From Acidimicrobiia bacterium (GTDB lineage Bacteria; Actinomycetota; Acidimicrobiia; Spongiisociales; SHLN01), in assembly GCA_041619515.1 (NCBI GenBank), contig JBFKDW010000005.1, positions 2,323 to 66,322 on the forward strand: a stretch of DNA of 64,000 nt, in the 5' to 3' direction. How positions within the stretch are numbered: position 1 is the stretch's first letter; every line of letters begins with the position of its first letter. The notes beneath the pieces were generated by a model, which saw only the letters and a list, made by a program, of their open reading frames with translations, had not been told where the DNA came from and did no database searches. The translations under genes and the position numbers were made by a program. Below are positions 18,268 through 26,858 of the stretch, one piece after another.

Positions 18268-19199
18268 CCGGCTTCGTGGCCGAGCACCTCGAGGAGCTCG
18301 GCGGCGTAGTCGAGATCGAAGCCGCCGAGAATTTGCAGGTAATAGCGTCCGATACCGAGGTCCGCCAGGAGCCCGAACGTGTCGCGTGCCTCCTCGTGGG
18401 TCCCCATCGGGACGCCGAGCGTGCGAAACTCTTCTTCGATGTCGGCTGCATCGGTAGCGCGGGCAGCGGCAAACGCCTCGAGGCGGGCACGGTAGCCGGC
18501 GGCATCGGCGGCCACGATCGGCGGCGAGATGCTGGAGAGCAGAATGCTGCCGGGATCCCGCCCGGCGTCGGCCGCCGCGTCTTGGGCCCGGGCGATACGC
18601 TCGCCCAGGGCTGGCGCCGGCAGGGCGTAGATGTTGAACTCGTCTGCGAACCGTCCTGCCAGCTCCGGGGTCCGTCGGGGTCCAGAGCCGCCCACCAGGA
18701 TGCGGAGCGTCGGCGGTTTCGGCTGGTGATCCACCTCCTCGAGCTGGTAATACGTCCCGTCGAAGCCGGCGGATCCTTCCGACAGGGCCGCCCGCAGGTA
18801 CCCGAGCGCCTCCTCGAGCCGATCGAACCTCTCATCCCACTCGGGAAGGGGAAATCCAAACATCGTGTGCTCGGCTCGCATCCAGCCGGTGCCGAGCCCG
18901 AGAGTGAAGCGCCCTGAGCTCACCTCGTCCATGGCCAGCCCGAGCTTGAGCAGGGTTGCCGGGTGCCGGTAACTGACGGGCGACACGAGTGCCGCCAAAC
19001 CGATCTGGCGGGTCTGGGCGGCGACCCCGCCCAGGTAGGGATAGATGTCGGCCGATCGGGTGTCGTGTTCGCCGGTGGGGGAGCGCCCGGCCAGATAGTG
19101 GTCGGGGAGCGCGAACCCGGCCAGCCCTCGATCCTCGGCCCACCGAGCCGCCATGAGGATGCAGTCGAACGAGCCCCGCGTCTGGAGGGCGAAGTCCAC
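18264..19199 (-). CDS. LLM-class (luciferase-like), probably F420-dependent, oxidoreductase
   Basis: LPDHY, LVSPVSYRHP, SSGRFTLGLGTGW, RLEEAL, ILVGGSG, AGRFADEFN. Confidence 0.88.
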   Translation of the reverse strand: MDFALQTRGSFDCILMAARWAEDRGLAGFALPDHYLAGRSPTGEHDTRSADIYPYLGGVAAQTRQIGLAALVSPVSYRHPATLLKLGLAMDEVSSGRFTLGLGTGWMRAEHTMFGFPLPEWDERFDRLEEALGYLRAALSEGSAGFDGTYYQLEEVDHQPKPPTLRILVGGSGPRRTPELAGRFADEFNIYALPAPALGERIARAQDAAADAGRDPGSILLSSISPPIVAADAAGYRARLEAFAAARATDAADIEEEFRTLGVPMGTHEEARDTFGLLADLGIGRYYLQILGGFDLDYAAELLEVLGHEAG

Positions 19200-19200
19200 C

Positions 19201-19686
19201 TCAGTCGCGGAAGTTCACGTACTGGAGCGGCAGTCGATAGTCGAGACCTTTCAGGAGCGCGATCACCTCCTGGAGATCGTCTCGTTTCTTGCCCTGGACG
19301 CGCAACTGGTTGCCCTGGATCTGCACCTGGACCTTGAGCTTGGCATCCCGCACCGTCTTGGACAGCTCCTTGGCGGCGTCCTGGGCGATTCCCTGGTTGA
19401 GGGCAAAGGTGGCCTGATACCGGCCTCCGCCGATCTCCTTGGGTGTGCCGCCACTCAGCGCTTTCAGCGAGACCTTTCGACGGACCAGCTTTTCCTTCAG
19501 CACGTCGATGGCGGCCTCGAGACGGTGATCGGTAGAGGACTCGATCACGATCTCGTCCTCGGTGTGCCGGACGGTTGAGTTCGTGCCGCGGAAGTCGTAG
19601 CGGTTGGCGAGCTCGCGCGCCGTCTGATCGACGGCGTTGGTGACTTCCTGCTGATCTACTACCGAGACGATGTCAAAAGTGGGCAT
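19201..19686 (-). CDS. yajQ: YajQ-family nucleotide / c-di-GMP-binding protein
   Basis: MPTFDIVS...EVTNAVDQ...RYDFRG...IQGNQLRVQGKKRDDLQEVI...LQYVNFRD. Confidence 0.95.
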   Translation of the reverse strand: MPTFDIVSVVDQQEVTNAVDQTARELANRYDFRGTNSTVRHTEDEIVIESSTDHRLEAAIDVLKEKLVRRKVSLKALSGGTPKEIGGGRYQATFALNQGIAQDAAKELSKTVRDAKLKVQVQIQGNQLRVQGKKRDDLQEVIALLKGLDYRLPLQYVNFRD

Positions 19687-19722
19687 AGCGCACACTACCT
19701 GCTCGGGGATCGGCGACGCTGA

Positions 19723-20625
19723 TCAGTCGAAATCGACTGTGACCGAAGGGCCGCGTCGATTCTCCTCGGGAGCGTACACATAGTCGGTATGGACCAGGTT
19801 GAGGACGGTGAAGGTCACTGAATCACCTTCCACCGTCCCGGATTCGAACCTGACCCGGCCCTTGTCGTCGGTGGTCCCGCTGACGATGCCGGTGTAGCCA
19901 CCGCTGAAGCGCCCGAGAACCTGCACGTCTTCCTGCTCGTCTCCGTCCTGGTTCCTGACCTTGACCTCGATCCTGGCGTACGGCTCCTCGTCGTCGCCCC
20001 GGTCGTCACCCTTCAATTCGTGGATATGAATCGTGTCGATCGCCGGCACCGTCGTGGTGGTGGTGGACGGGAGCGTGGTGGTCGTGGTCGGGGGCGGGAG
20101 CGTGGTGGTCGTGGTCGGGGGCGGGAGCGTGGTCGTCGGGGGCCGCACCGTCGTCGTGGTGGTCGACGAAACCGTGGTGCTGGTCGTGGGCGGGACCCGG
20201 GTGGTGCTGGTGGTAGGCGGCGGGACCCGCGTGGTGGTAGTGGTGCGGGCGACCGTCGTGCTGGTGCTGGAAGTGCTCGTGGTCGTTGTGCTCGTCGCAG
20301 CAGCAGGTGCGGTCGACGTCGTCGTGGCGGGGACGGTCGTCGTGGTGTCTCCGATCACGGCGAGGGGAGCTTGCTCGGGCTGGTCCTCTGCGGGCGGCTG
20401 GGTAGGCGGGACGGTGATGGCGGTGAGCCCACCGTCGGTGGCCGGTCGCCCGGTGAGGAGCTCGGCCGAGAGCACCGTAACGGAGGGATTCTCCTCGTCG
20501 CCATCCTCCATGGCATTGGTGGCATAGGCAAAAGCGAATACGACGGCGACGATCAACAGGACCCCCCAGCGGGCGCGGCGGTTGATGACGTCGGCGTAGC
20601 CGTAGTTCTTGTCGTAGTCCCGCAC
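19723..20625 (-). CDS. Membrane-anchored protein with long Thr/Pro linker and C-terminal Ig-like beta domain
   Basis: N-terminal TM, about 90-aa poly-Thr region, beta-rich C-terminus (ARIEVKVRNQDG...GTTDDKGRVRF...VTFTVLNLVH). Confidence 0.75.
   Translation of the reverse strand: MRDYDKNYGYADVINRRARWGVLLIVAVVFAFAYATNAMEDGDEENPSVTVLSAELLTGRPATDGGLTAITVPPTQPPAEDQPEQAPLAVIGDTTTTVPATTTSTAPAAATSTTTTSTSSTSTTVARTTTTTRVPPPTTSTTRVPPTTSTTVSSTTTTTVRPPTTTLPPPTTTTTLPPPTTTTTLPSTTTTTVPAIDTIHIHELKGDDRGDDEEPYARIEVKVRNQDGDEQEDVQVLGRFSGGYTGIVSGTTDDKGRVRFESGTVEGDSVTFTVLNLVHTDYVYAPEENRRGPSVTVDFD
20069..20143. repeat. 27-bp in-frame tandem repeat encoding Pro/Thr-rich PPTTTTTLP units
   Basis: GGGAGCGTGGTGGTCGTGGTCGGGGGC exact at 20069 and 20096; shortened third copy from 20123. 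Confidence 0.85.
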
Positions 20626-20697
20626 CGTGTCACCCGCTCATGCAGCAGTCGCTTGCTGGCGCCAGGATACCGATACGTGCCGGTAACGACGTCCTGA

Positions 20698-21024
20698 TCA
20701 GCCGGCGGCTCGATCCGCTCCCGCCACCTCCACCATCGCTCCGCACGAACACAGGAAGCTCCCATCGCCGACCGCATCACCCGCCCAGATGAATACCGGA
20801 GCGTCGAGGGAGGGGCAATGTGTGCCGAAGGCGACTTCTTCCAACTCTCGAGCCTCGGGGTGGAGCCCGCGGCGCAGCCGGTGCACCCGTATTCGGTGGA
20901 CGTCGAGGCTGCGGCGTGCCGCACTGCGCGTGGCAAAGCCGGCGCCCTGCCGGGACACGATGTCGTAATGCCGCCACGCCGTCAGCAGCGATTCGATGGC
21001 GTCTTCGAGCACCGGGTGGAGCAT
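20698..21024 (-). CDS. Hypothetical protein (Cys/His-containing C-terminus)
   Basis: 108 aa, helical N-terminus, THCP...FLCSCG; plausible coding composition. Confidence 0.55.
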   Translation of the reverse strand: MLHPVLEDAIESLLTAWRHYDIVSRQGAGFATRSAARRSLDVHRIRVHRLRRGLHPEARELEEVAFGTHCPSLDAPVFIWAGDAVGDGSFLCSCGAMVEVAGADRAAG

Positions 21025-21070
21025 GGAAACAGACGATAGTCAAGGGCCCCGGCGGGGTAGAATCATCACT

Positions 21071-21430
21071 GTGACGAAATCCGAGGAGATCCAACGCTGT
21101 CTCTGGTGTGCCACGCCCGTCCCGAGATCGGCGGGCCCGGGCCGTCCCCGGCGGTTCTGCAAGCGATCGCACCGCCAGCGCCACTACGAAGCGAGGCGGC
21201 TGGCCTCCGCCCAGGGGATCGCCGCCGACGAGGTGCTGATCGCTCGTGCCCAATTCGATGCGTGGCGCGACCGGCTCTACCTGCTGGAAGCCGCCATTGA
21301 GGATGCCGAGCAGGATCTCGGCCCCTCGCCGGCACTCCGTGAGTACACGGAGGCGTTCCAGGGGCTGCATTCGGCGGCTCGGCGCACTGTCGCCCATCGC
21401 ATCGAGCCGCGGGCGCTCGGATCGGAGTGA
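21071..21430 (+). CDS. Actinobacterial hypothetical protein with N-terminal CxxC...GRPRRFC zinc-finger-like motif
   Basis: RCLWCATPVPRSAGPGRPRRFCKRSHRQRHYEAR followed by a helical region; GTG 21071 chosen. Confidence 0.7.
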   Translation: MTKSEEIQRCLWCATPVPRSAGPGRPRRFCKRSHRQRHYEARRLASAQGIAADEVLIARAQFDAWRDRLYLLEAAIEDAEQDLGPSPALREYTEAFQGLHSAARRTVAHRIEPRALGSE

Positions 21431-21440
21431 CGAGCTCCAA

Positions 21441-21653
21441 TCAGCGATTGATGGCGCTGCGGACCCGGCGGCGCAACATGTCGACCCATCGGCGGGGGCG
21501 TTCGAACTCGCTTCCGAGCACGGCCAGCCCGGCGATGATGACAACCGTGCCGGGCCCCGGAACGAACAGCAGCACGACGCCGACCAGCACGACGATGGCG
21601 CCCGTGACCGATACGACGATCCGTCGTACCAGGCGAAATGACCTGTCCGGCAT
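21441..21653 (-). CDS. PGPGW-domain small membrane protein
   Basis: GVVLLFVPGPGTVVIIAGLAVLGSEF. Confidence 0.8.
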   Translation of the reverse strand: MPDRSFRLVRRIVVSVTGAIVVLVGVVLLFVPGPGTVVIIAGLAVLGSEFERPRRWVDMLRRRVRSAINR

Positions 21654-21730
21654 GCCAACCCCCTGCTCGCAGCACGTTCCCGCAACCCTACCGCCGGTCG
21701 CGGGGGAGTGGCGCGCCCTACAGTCGTGGC

Positions 21731-22342
21731 ATGCATGAGCAGGCCATCGACCTCGAAGGGCTGGCAGCGACCATGCGGGTCATACGCCGGCGGCGGACCA
21801 ATCTGCGGATCGACCGTGAGGCGCCGGTCGACCCGGAAATCGTCGCCGAGCTCTGCCTCGCCGCCACCTGGGCGCCCAACCACAAGCTGAGTGAGCCATG
21901 GCGATTTGCGGTGCTGACCGGAGCGGCCCGGAAGCGGCTGGGGGAGATCGCAGCTGGCGGATTGTTGCGGGCGGGGGTCACCGACGAGACCAGGCTGCAG
22001 CAGACCGCCGTCAAGTACTTGCGCGCCCCGGTTGTCGTTGCGGTCGGGTGCGCGCCTCATCCCGATCCGATCCGCCACGCCGAAGACCGCGACGCGGTAG
22101 CCGCCGGTGTCCAGAACTTCCTGTTGGCCGCCACCGCAGCCGGCCTGGCGAGCTACTGGGCAACCGGGCCGGCCGCCCGCCTCCCGGAGACGGTGGAGCT
22201 GTGCGAATTCGAGCCCGGCACCGAGATCGTGGCGCTCGTCTACCTGGGCCGGCCGTCCGGAGAGGCACCCGACACGAACCGGCAGCCTCCCCGGATCACC
22301 TGGCTCGGTCGGGGATCAGACGAGGCCAAATCGTCACAGTGA
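21731..22342 (+). CDS. Nitroreductase family protein (YdjA-like)
   Basis: IRRRRT, ATWAPNHKLSEPWRF, AAGVQNFLLAATAAGLASYWATG, VALVYLG. Confidence 0.9.
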   Translation: MHEQAIDLEGLAATMRVIRRRRTNLRIDREAPVDPEIVAELCLAATWAPNHKLSEPWRFAVLTGAARKRLGEIAAGGLLRAGVTDETRLQQTAVKYLRAPVVVAVGCAPHPDPIRHAEDRDAVAAGVQNFLLAATAAGLASYWATGPAARLPETVELCEFEPGTEIVALVYLGRPSGEAPDTNRQPPRITWLGRGSDEAKSSQ

Positions 22343-22372
22343 CGTTTTGCTGCCCTTCCGGGGCCTCTGCCG

Positions 22373-22669
22373 TCAGGCGGGGCGAAGTGGGCCGACACCC
22401 TCCAGCTCGAATCCGAAATCGTCGACCCAGCAATACCACCAGGCCTCGCCGGGCTCCATGCTGCGAATCAGCACGTGATCGGGGTGAGCCGTGTGATGGC
22501 TCCTGGCGTGGCGATGCTCGGATTGGTCGCAACAACCCACGTGGCCACACGCGGCGCACATCCGGAGATGAACCCAGCTGGACCCGGTCAGCAGACATTC
22601 CTCGCATCCGTCGGCGTTTGGCCCGACAGAGGGCACTTCGGCGGGAACATGGGAGCAATCGGTGGCCAC
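22373..22669 (-). CDS. Stand-alone UBP-type zinc finger protein
   Basis: CSH...CEECL...WVHLRMCAACGHVGCCDQS..RHARSH...SMEPGEAWWYCWVD. GTG 22669 chosen. Confidence 0.9.
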   Translation of the reverse strand: MATDCSHVPAEVPSVGPNADGCEECLLTGSSWVHLRMCAACGHVGCCDQSEHRHARSHHTAHPDHVLIRSMEPGEAWWYCWVDDFGFELEGVGPLRPA

Positions 22670-22974
22670 GGCGCGGCGGAGGCTAGCCAACCCAGCCCCG
22701 CCGGGCCGTGATTCCGGTGCGCCCATAATCCCCGTTATGTAAAGCTACAGCATGGCTGAGGATCCGGGCCTGCTGGGAGCTCGACACCGCCTACCCATCC
22801 CCCATCTCGACAGAAGCCGGGTCGAAGCGGAGCCGTCCCCGAAATGTGGGCGACCGGTGCCCGGCGGTTCACGATGAGGTGTGCCGACGCATGCGTCGGG
22901 CAGCCGCCAGTCCCCTCGCTGCGGCCGGCCAGAAGCGCCTCATGGCCGGTTGTCTTGGGCCGATAGACGCACTT

Positions 22975-23835
22975 ATGAAGACTCGGACCGCTCGCCGCCT
23001 GGCCGGCATGAGCGCACCTGCGACCACGGTGGCGTCGGTGAGCGCCGTCCTCGTGATCGCCGCAATCGACCTCGCCAGCGGAACCGAGCTCTCGTTGTCG
23101 CTGTTCTACCTTGGGCCGGTCGCCGTGATGGCGTGGCGAATCGGCATCTTCGGCGCAATCCCGACCGCGCTCGGCGGCGCCGCTGCCTGGTATGGCGTCG
23201 ACCTGGCCGGTGGGCACGTCTACGCCCACCCCCTCATCCCGCTGTGGAATACGCTCGTTCGGCTGGGATTCTTCGTCATCGTCTCCGTGCTGCTGGTTCG
23301 ACTCCACCAGAGCATGGAGCGCGAAAGTGCTCTGGCACACACCGATCCCCTCACCGGGCTGCTCAACCGGAGAGCCTTCGAGGAACAGGCAGCACGAGAG
23401 ATCGAACGCGCCGGGCGGACCGGGGCCCCGGTCAGCTTCGCCTACCTGGACATCGACGATTTCAAGGACGTCAACGATCGCCTCGGACATGCAGCCGGCG
23501 ACGACGTGCTGCGCACCGTCGCCGGCGTATTGGGCCTGGTGCTGCGCGCCGTCGACCTCAAGGCACGGTTGGGCGGGGACGAATTTGCTCTCGTCCTGCC
23601 CGATACGGGCGCCGACTCCGCCGCTCCGGTCATCGAACGGTTGGAAGCCGGGCTGTCCGCCGCCGGGGTTAGCTGCAGCATTGGCACCGTGGTGTTTCGG
23701 TCGCCTCCCGGCAGCGTCGACGAGGCTCTGGCGACGGTCGACGGGCTGATGTACGAGGTAAAGGCCGACCCCGGCCGCCGGAGCGCGATCCGGCTCCACG
23801 CCACAGTGCGAGCTCCGTCGGCGGACGCCTCATGA
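22975..23835 (+). CDS. Membrane-bound diguanylate cyclase (GGDEF)
   Basis: About 4 TM segments, then TDPLTGLLNRR, LDIDDFKDVNDRLGHAAGD, ARLGGDEF. Confidence 0.92.
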   Translation: MKTRTARRLAGMSAPATTVASVSAVLVIAAIDLASGTELSLSLFYLGPVAVMAWRIGIFGAIPTALGGAAAWYGVDLAGGHVYAHPLIPLWNTLVRLGFFVIVSVLLVRLHQSMERESALAHTDPLTGLLNRRAFEEQAAREIERAGRTGAPVSFAYLDIDDFKDVNDRLGHAAGDDVLRTVAGVLGLVLRAVDLKARLGGDEFALVLPDTGADSAAPVIERLEAGLSAAGVSCSIGTVVFRSPPGSVDEALATVDGLMYEVKADPGRRSAIRLHATVRAPSADAS

Positions 23836-24059
23836 CCGCTGCGCGATCTTCGCCGGTCGTCCCAACCGCACCGTTACGAGCTGTTGAGCGTTGAGCCTTC
23901 CGGAGAAGCTGGGTCAGGCCGTCCGTGGTTGGGCCATCGCCCGTCCCGCCACTCCCCCACTCCCGGCCGGGCCGGGACGAAATATGCAACCGGGGCCGCA
24001 GCGCAAGTGCGATACTTGTCGTCGGATCGCACCGCCATCGGCCGCTGAAGAGGAGCTCT

Positions 24060-24407
24060 GTGATGGTCATCGACATCGGCGACAAACTGCACATCGTGGA
24101 GAGACGGCTGTTCGACGGGGATGTCCGCCGCCACTTCTTCGGCGTCGTCGAAGGGGTCGACCATGCCGCCATTCGGGTCACCGGGTTCGCCTTCATCTAC
24201 GACTCGGGCTCGACTCAGTACGTTCGCAGCTCGGAGCGGCGGACCCGCGTCATCCCGCTCGGGTCGAGTGGTTTCATCCTGAATGTTGCGCCCAGAGAAA
24301 CCGACATCGATCAGGTGCGATACGACGAGGGGGAGGATGGGCGCCTCGTGGTCACCGACGGCGGAGTGTTTCGCCTGGATGTCAACGAGTTCGGCCGCCT
24401 GCGCTGA
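24060..24407 (+). CDS. Conserved-looking hypothetical beta-rich protein
   Basis: GAGGAG SD then GTG/ATG; MVIDIGDKLHIVERRLFDGDVRRHFFGVVEG... Confidence 0.65.
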   Translation: MMVIDIGDKLHIVERRLFDGDVRRHFFGVVEGVDHAAIRVTGFAFIYDSGSTQYVRSSERRTRVIPLGSSGFILNVAPRETDIDQVRYDEGEDGRLVVTDGGVFRLDVNEFGRLR

Positions 24408-24449
24408 CCGCCAGCCGAGTAGCCGGCATGGGCGTAAAGTGATCGTACT

Positions 24450-25397
24450 GTGAAAGTCACCGAACACCTGGAGCGGGCGTCGGGCCCGTTCATCACATTC
24501 GAGATCATCCCGCCCACCCGCGGCGGCGACCTGGCCAGCCTCCTCGGGCTCATCGAGGACCTGACCCAGCATCGGCCGCCGTTCATCGATATAACCAGCC
24601 ATGCCGCCGAGGTCGTCTACGAGGAAATCCCCACCGGCTACGAAAAGCGCATCAAGCGCAAGCGGCCTGGGACGCTCGGCGTCTGTGCGCTCATCCAGAA
24701 CAAGTTCAACATCGACGCCGTGCCCCACATCCTGTGCGAGGGGTTCACGCGCGAAGAGACCGAGGACTTTCTCATCGAGCTGCGATATCTCGACATCGAC
24801 AACGTGCTGGCGATTCGCGGCGACTCGTCAGGCTACGAGAAGCGCCTCGATCATGGCCGGAGCCGCAATGTCTACGCTTCCGACCTGATTGCCCAGGTCG
24901 CCGACATGAACAAAGGCGTGTATCTGGAGGAGCTGCTCGATGCCGCCCCGACCGAGTTCTGCATCGGGGCGGCCGGGTACCCGGAAAAGCACTTCGAGGC
25001 TCCCAACCTCAAGGCCGACGTGGCCAGGCTCAAGCAAAAGGTGGAGGCGGGCGCCGAGTACGTCGTGACCCAGATGTTCTTCGACAACCGGCACTATTTC
25101 GCCTTCGTCGAGGAATGCCGCCGTCAGGGGATCGTCGTGCCGATCATCCCCGGCCTCAAGGTGCTGGCATCTCAACGACAGGTCGTCAGCATCCCGCGCA
25201 CCTTCCACTGTGAGATACCTCCGGCTCTGGCCGATGAGGTGATGGCGGCTCCTGCCGAACGCACCTCGGACATCGGAATCGAATGGGCGACCCAGCAGAC
25301 GAGGGAACTGCTGGAGCACGGGGTGCCGTCGGTGCACTTCTACGTGATGCAGAGTGCCCGTCTCGTGAACGCGGTGCTCGCCGAGCTCGACGTCTAG
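24450..25397 (+). CDS. metF: 5,10-methylenetetrahydrofolate reductase
   Basis: FEIIPP, FIDITSH, AVPHILC, VLAIRGD, AGYPEKH, KQKVEAGAEYVVTQMFFD, SVHFYVM. Confidence 0.93.
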   Translation: MKVTEHLERASGPFITFEIIPPTRGGDLASLLGLIEDLTQHRPPFIDITSHAAEVVYEEIPTGYEKRIKRKRPGTLGVCALIQNKFNIDAVPHILCEGFTREETEDFLIELRYLDIDNVLAIRGDSSGYEKRLDHGRSRNVYASDLIAQVADMNKGVYLEELLDAAPTEFCIGAAGYPEKHFEAPNLKADVARLKQKVEAGAEYVVTQMFFDNRHYFAFVEECRRQGIVVPIIPGLKVLASQRQVVSIPRTFHCEIPPALADEVMAAPAERTSDIGIEWATQQTRELLEHGVPSVHFYVMQSARLVNAVLAELDV

Positions 25398-25807
25398 CCG
25401 GGGCTGCGCGGCTCGAGGATGATGACCGGGATGACCCGGTGCGTTCCGGCTTCGTACTCCCCAAACTGCGGGTGCTCGGCCTTCTGTCGCGACCAAATTG
25501 GTTCGCGCTCCTCGTCCGTGGCGACCCGGGCGGTGACCTCGAGTTTCTCGGTTCCAACCTCGATAGAGACTTCCGGATGGGCCTCCAGGTTGTACATCCA
25601 ATCGGGATGGGTGTGGGCTCCCGCCTTGGAAGCAAATACCGCGTAGCCGCCGTCGAGCTTCTGGTACATGAGGGGTGTTGTCCGTTCCTGCCGAGTCCTG
25701 GCCCCGATGTGGTGCAGCAACAGCAAGGGCTTTCCGGCGAAGACTCCCCCGACCTCGCCACCGTTCTCTCGAAACTCGGCGATGATTCCTGCGTTCCAAT
25801 CTGACAT
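25394..25807 (-). CDS. Deazaflavin (F420)-dependent nitroreductase family protein (Ddn-like)
   Basis: WNAGIIAEFRENGG, LLLLHHIGARTRQERTTPL, ASKAGAHTHPDWMYNLEAHP, RVIPVIIL. Confidence 0.93.
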   Translation of the reverse strand: MSDWNAGIIAEFRENGGEVGGVFAGKPLLLLHHIGARTRQERTTPLMYQKLDGGYAVFASKAGAHTHPDWMYNLEAHPEVSIEVGTEKLEVTARVATDEEREPIWSRQKAEHPQFGEYEAGTHRVIPVIILEPRSPG

Positions 25808-25906
25808 TGAGCTCCCGTCGAGGCCTCAGTGTATGACGATTCTGGAACTGATCCGCTGACTTGACACGTCCTCTATGGTGGAACTGGGAGACGAGAGGAG
25901 GTTGGT

Positions 25907-26089
25907 GTGGTGTTCGTGTGGTCCGATGATCTTGCGCTGATGCTGAGGGACGAAGGGGACGCGACCACCCGCGAGCTGATTCACTGGATCGCCTCACCCA
26001 TCGCATATCGTCTGCCGGACGGTGAATCACCGGTCGCCTTCGCCCGGCGGCTGTTGCAGGATGACGCCCCCGACCGGAAGGCTTCCTGA
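25907..26089 (+). CDS. Small hypothetical protein (60 aa)
   Basis: Strong SD GAGAGGAGG about 6 nt upstream of GTG; fills an otherwise empty intergenic gap. Confidence 0.5.
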   Translation: MVFVWSDDLALMLRDEGDATTRELIHWIASPIAYRLPDGESPVAFARRLLQDDAPDRKAS

Positions 26090-26095
26090 GCCGAA

Positions 26096-26785
26096 TTAGG
26101 CGAGGGCGGCCTCGACCGCCGCCAAAGCATGGAGCTCGGTGGTCGGGAAATACGGGCACGGCACGTCGTCGGGGCGCAGGAGCAGCTCGATTTCCGTGCA
26201 GCCGGCGATCACCCCCTCGGCACCTTCGGCAACCATTCGTTCGATCAATTCGACGAAACCCCGGCGGGAGCGTTCCGAAACCTTCCCCCGCACGAGCTCA
26301 TCGAAGATGACGCCGTGCACGAAGTCGCGATCCCTCCGGGTGGGGACGCGCACGTCGAGGCCGCGGTCCTCCAGCCGGCTGCGATAGAAATCGTGTTCCA
26401 TCGTGTAGCGGGTGCCGAGCAGCGCCACCGTTGTGATTCCGGCGCCATCGATCGCTTCCGCAGTCGCATCGGCGATGTGGAGCAACGGCACATCGATTGC
26501 CTTCTGGATGAATGGGGCGATCCGATGCATCGTGTTGGTACAGAGGACGATCAGCTCAGCTCCGGCGTCCACCAGTCGGCGGGCGTCGGCCGCCAGCAGC
26601 GCTCCCGCCCCCTCCCAGTCGCCTCGCTCCTGAAAGGCCTCGATGGCGGCGAAGTCGTAGGAGCGAATCACGAGGTCGGCCGAGTGGGCGCCGCCGAGCC
26701 GCCGGCGGACTTCAGTATTGATGAGCCGCTCATATTCGATCGACGACTCCCAGCTCATTCCTCCGAGCAGACCGATTGTCTTCAC
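26096..26785 (-). CDS. Aspartate/glutamate racemase family protein (RacX/YgeA-like)
   Basis: MKTIGLLGGMSWESS, LCTNTMH, LLGTRYTM, IAGCTEI (two catalytic Cys). Confidence 0.93.
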   Translation of the reverse strand: MKTIGLLGGMSWESSIEYERLINTEVRRRLGGAHSADLVIRSYDFAAIEAFQERGDWEGAGALLAADARRLVDAGAELIVLCTNTMHRIAPFIQKAIDVPLLHIADATAEAIDGAGITTVALLGTRYTMEHDFYRSRLEDRGLDVRVPTRRDRDFVHGVIFDELVRGKVSERSRRGFVELIERMVAEGAEGVIAGCTEIELLLRPDDVPCPYFPTTELHALAAVEAALA

Positions 26786-26858
26786 CGGGTCACCATCCCT
26801 CCAGTCGCGCCGACCATACCCGCTCCGGCACCATCACCCGCTCGATAGCCTGGGGAGC

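Noticed and set aside
19201-23835. Dedicated c-di-GMP signalling module (YajQ + GGDEF)
   Set aside because: The genes are 3 kb apart, separated by unrelated genes, and both families are common; no evidence of linkage.
25861-25890. sigma70 promoter at TTGACA 25861
   Set aside because: No TANNNT hexamer 16-18 nt downstream; TATGGT is too close.
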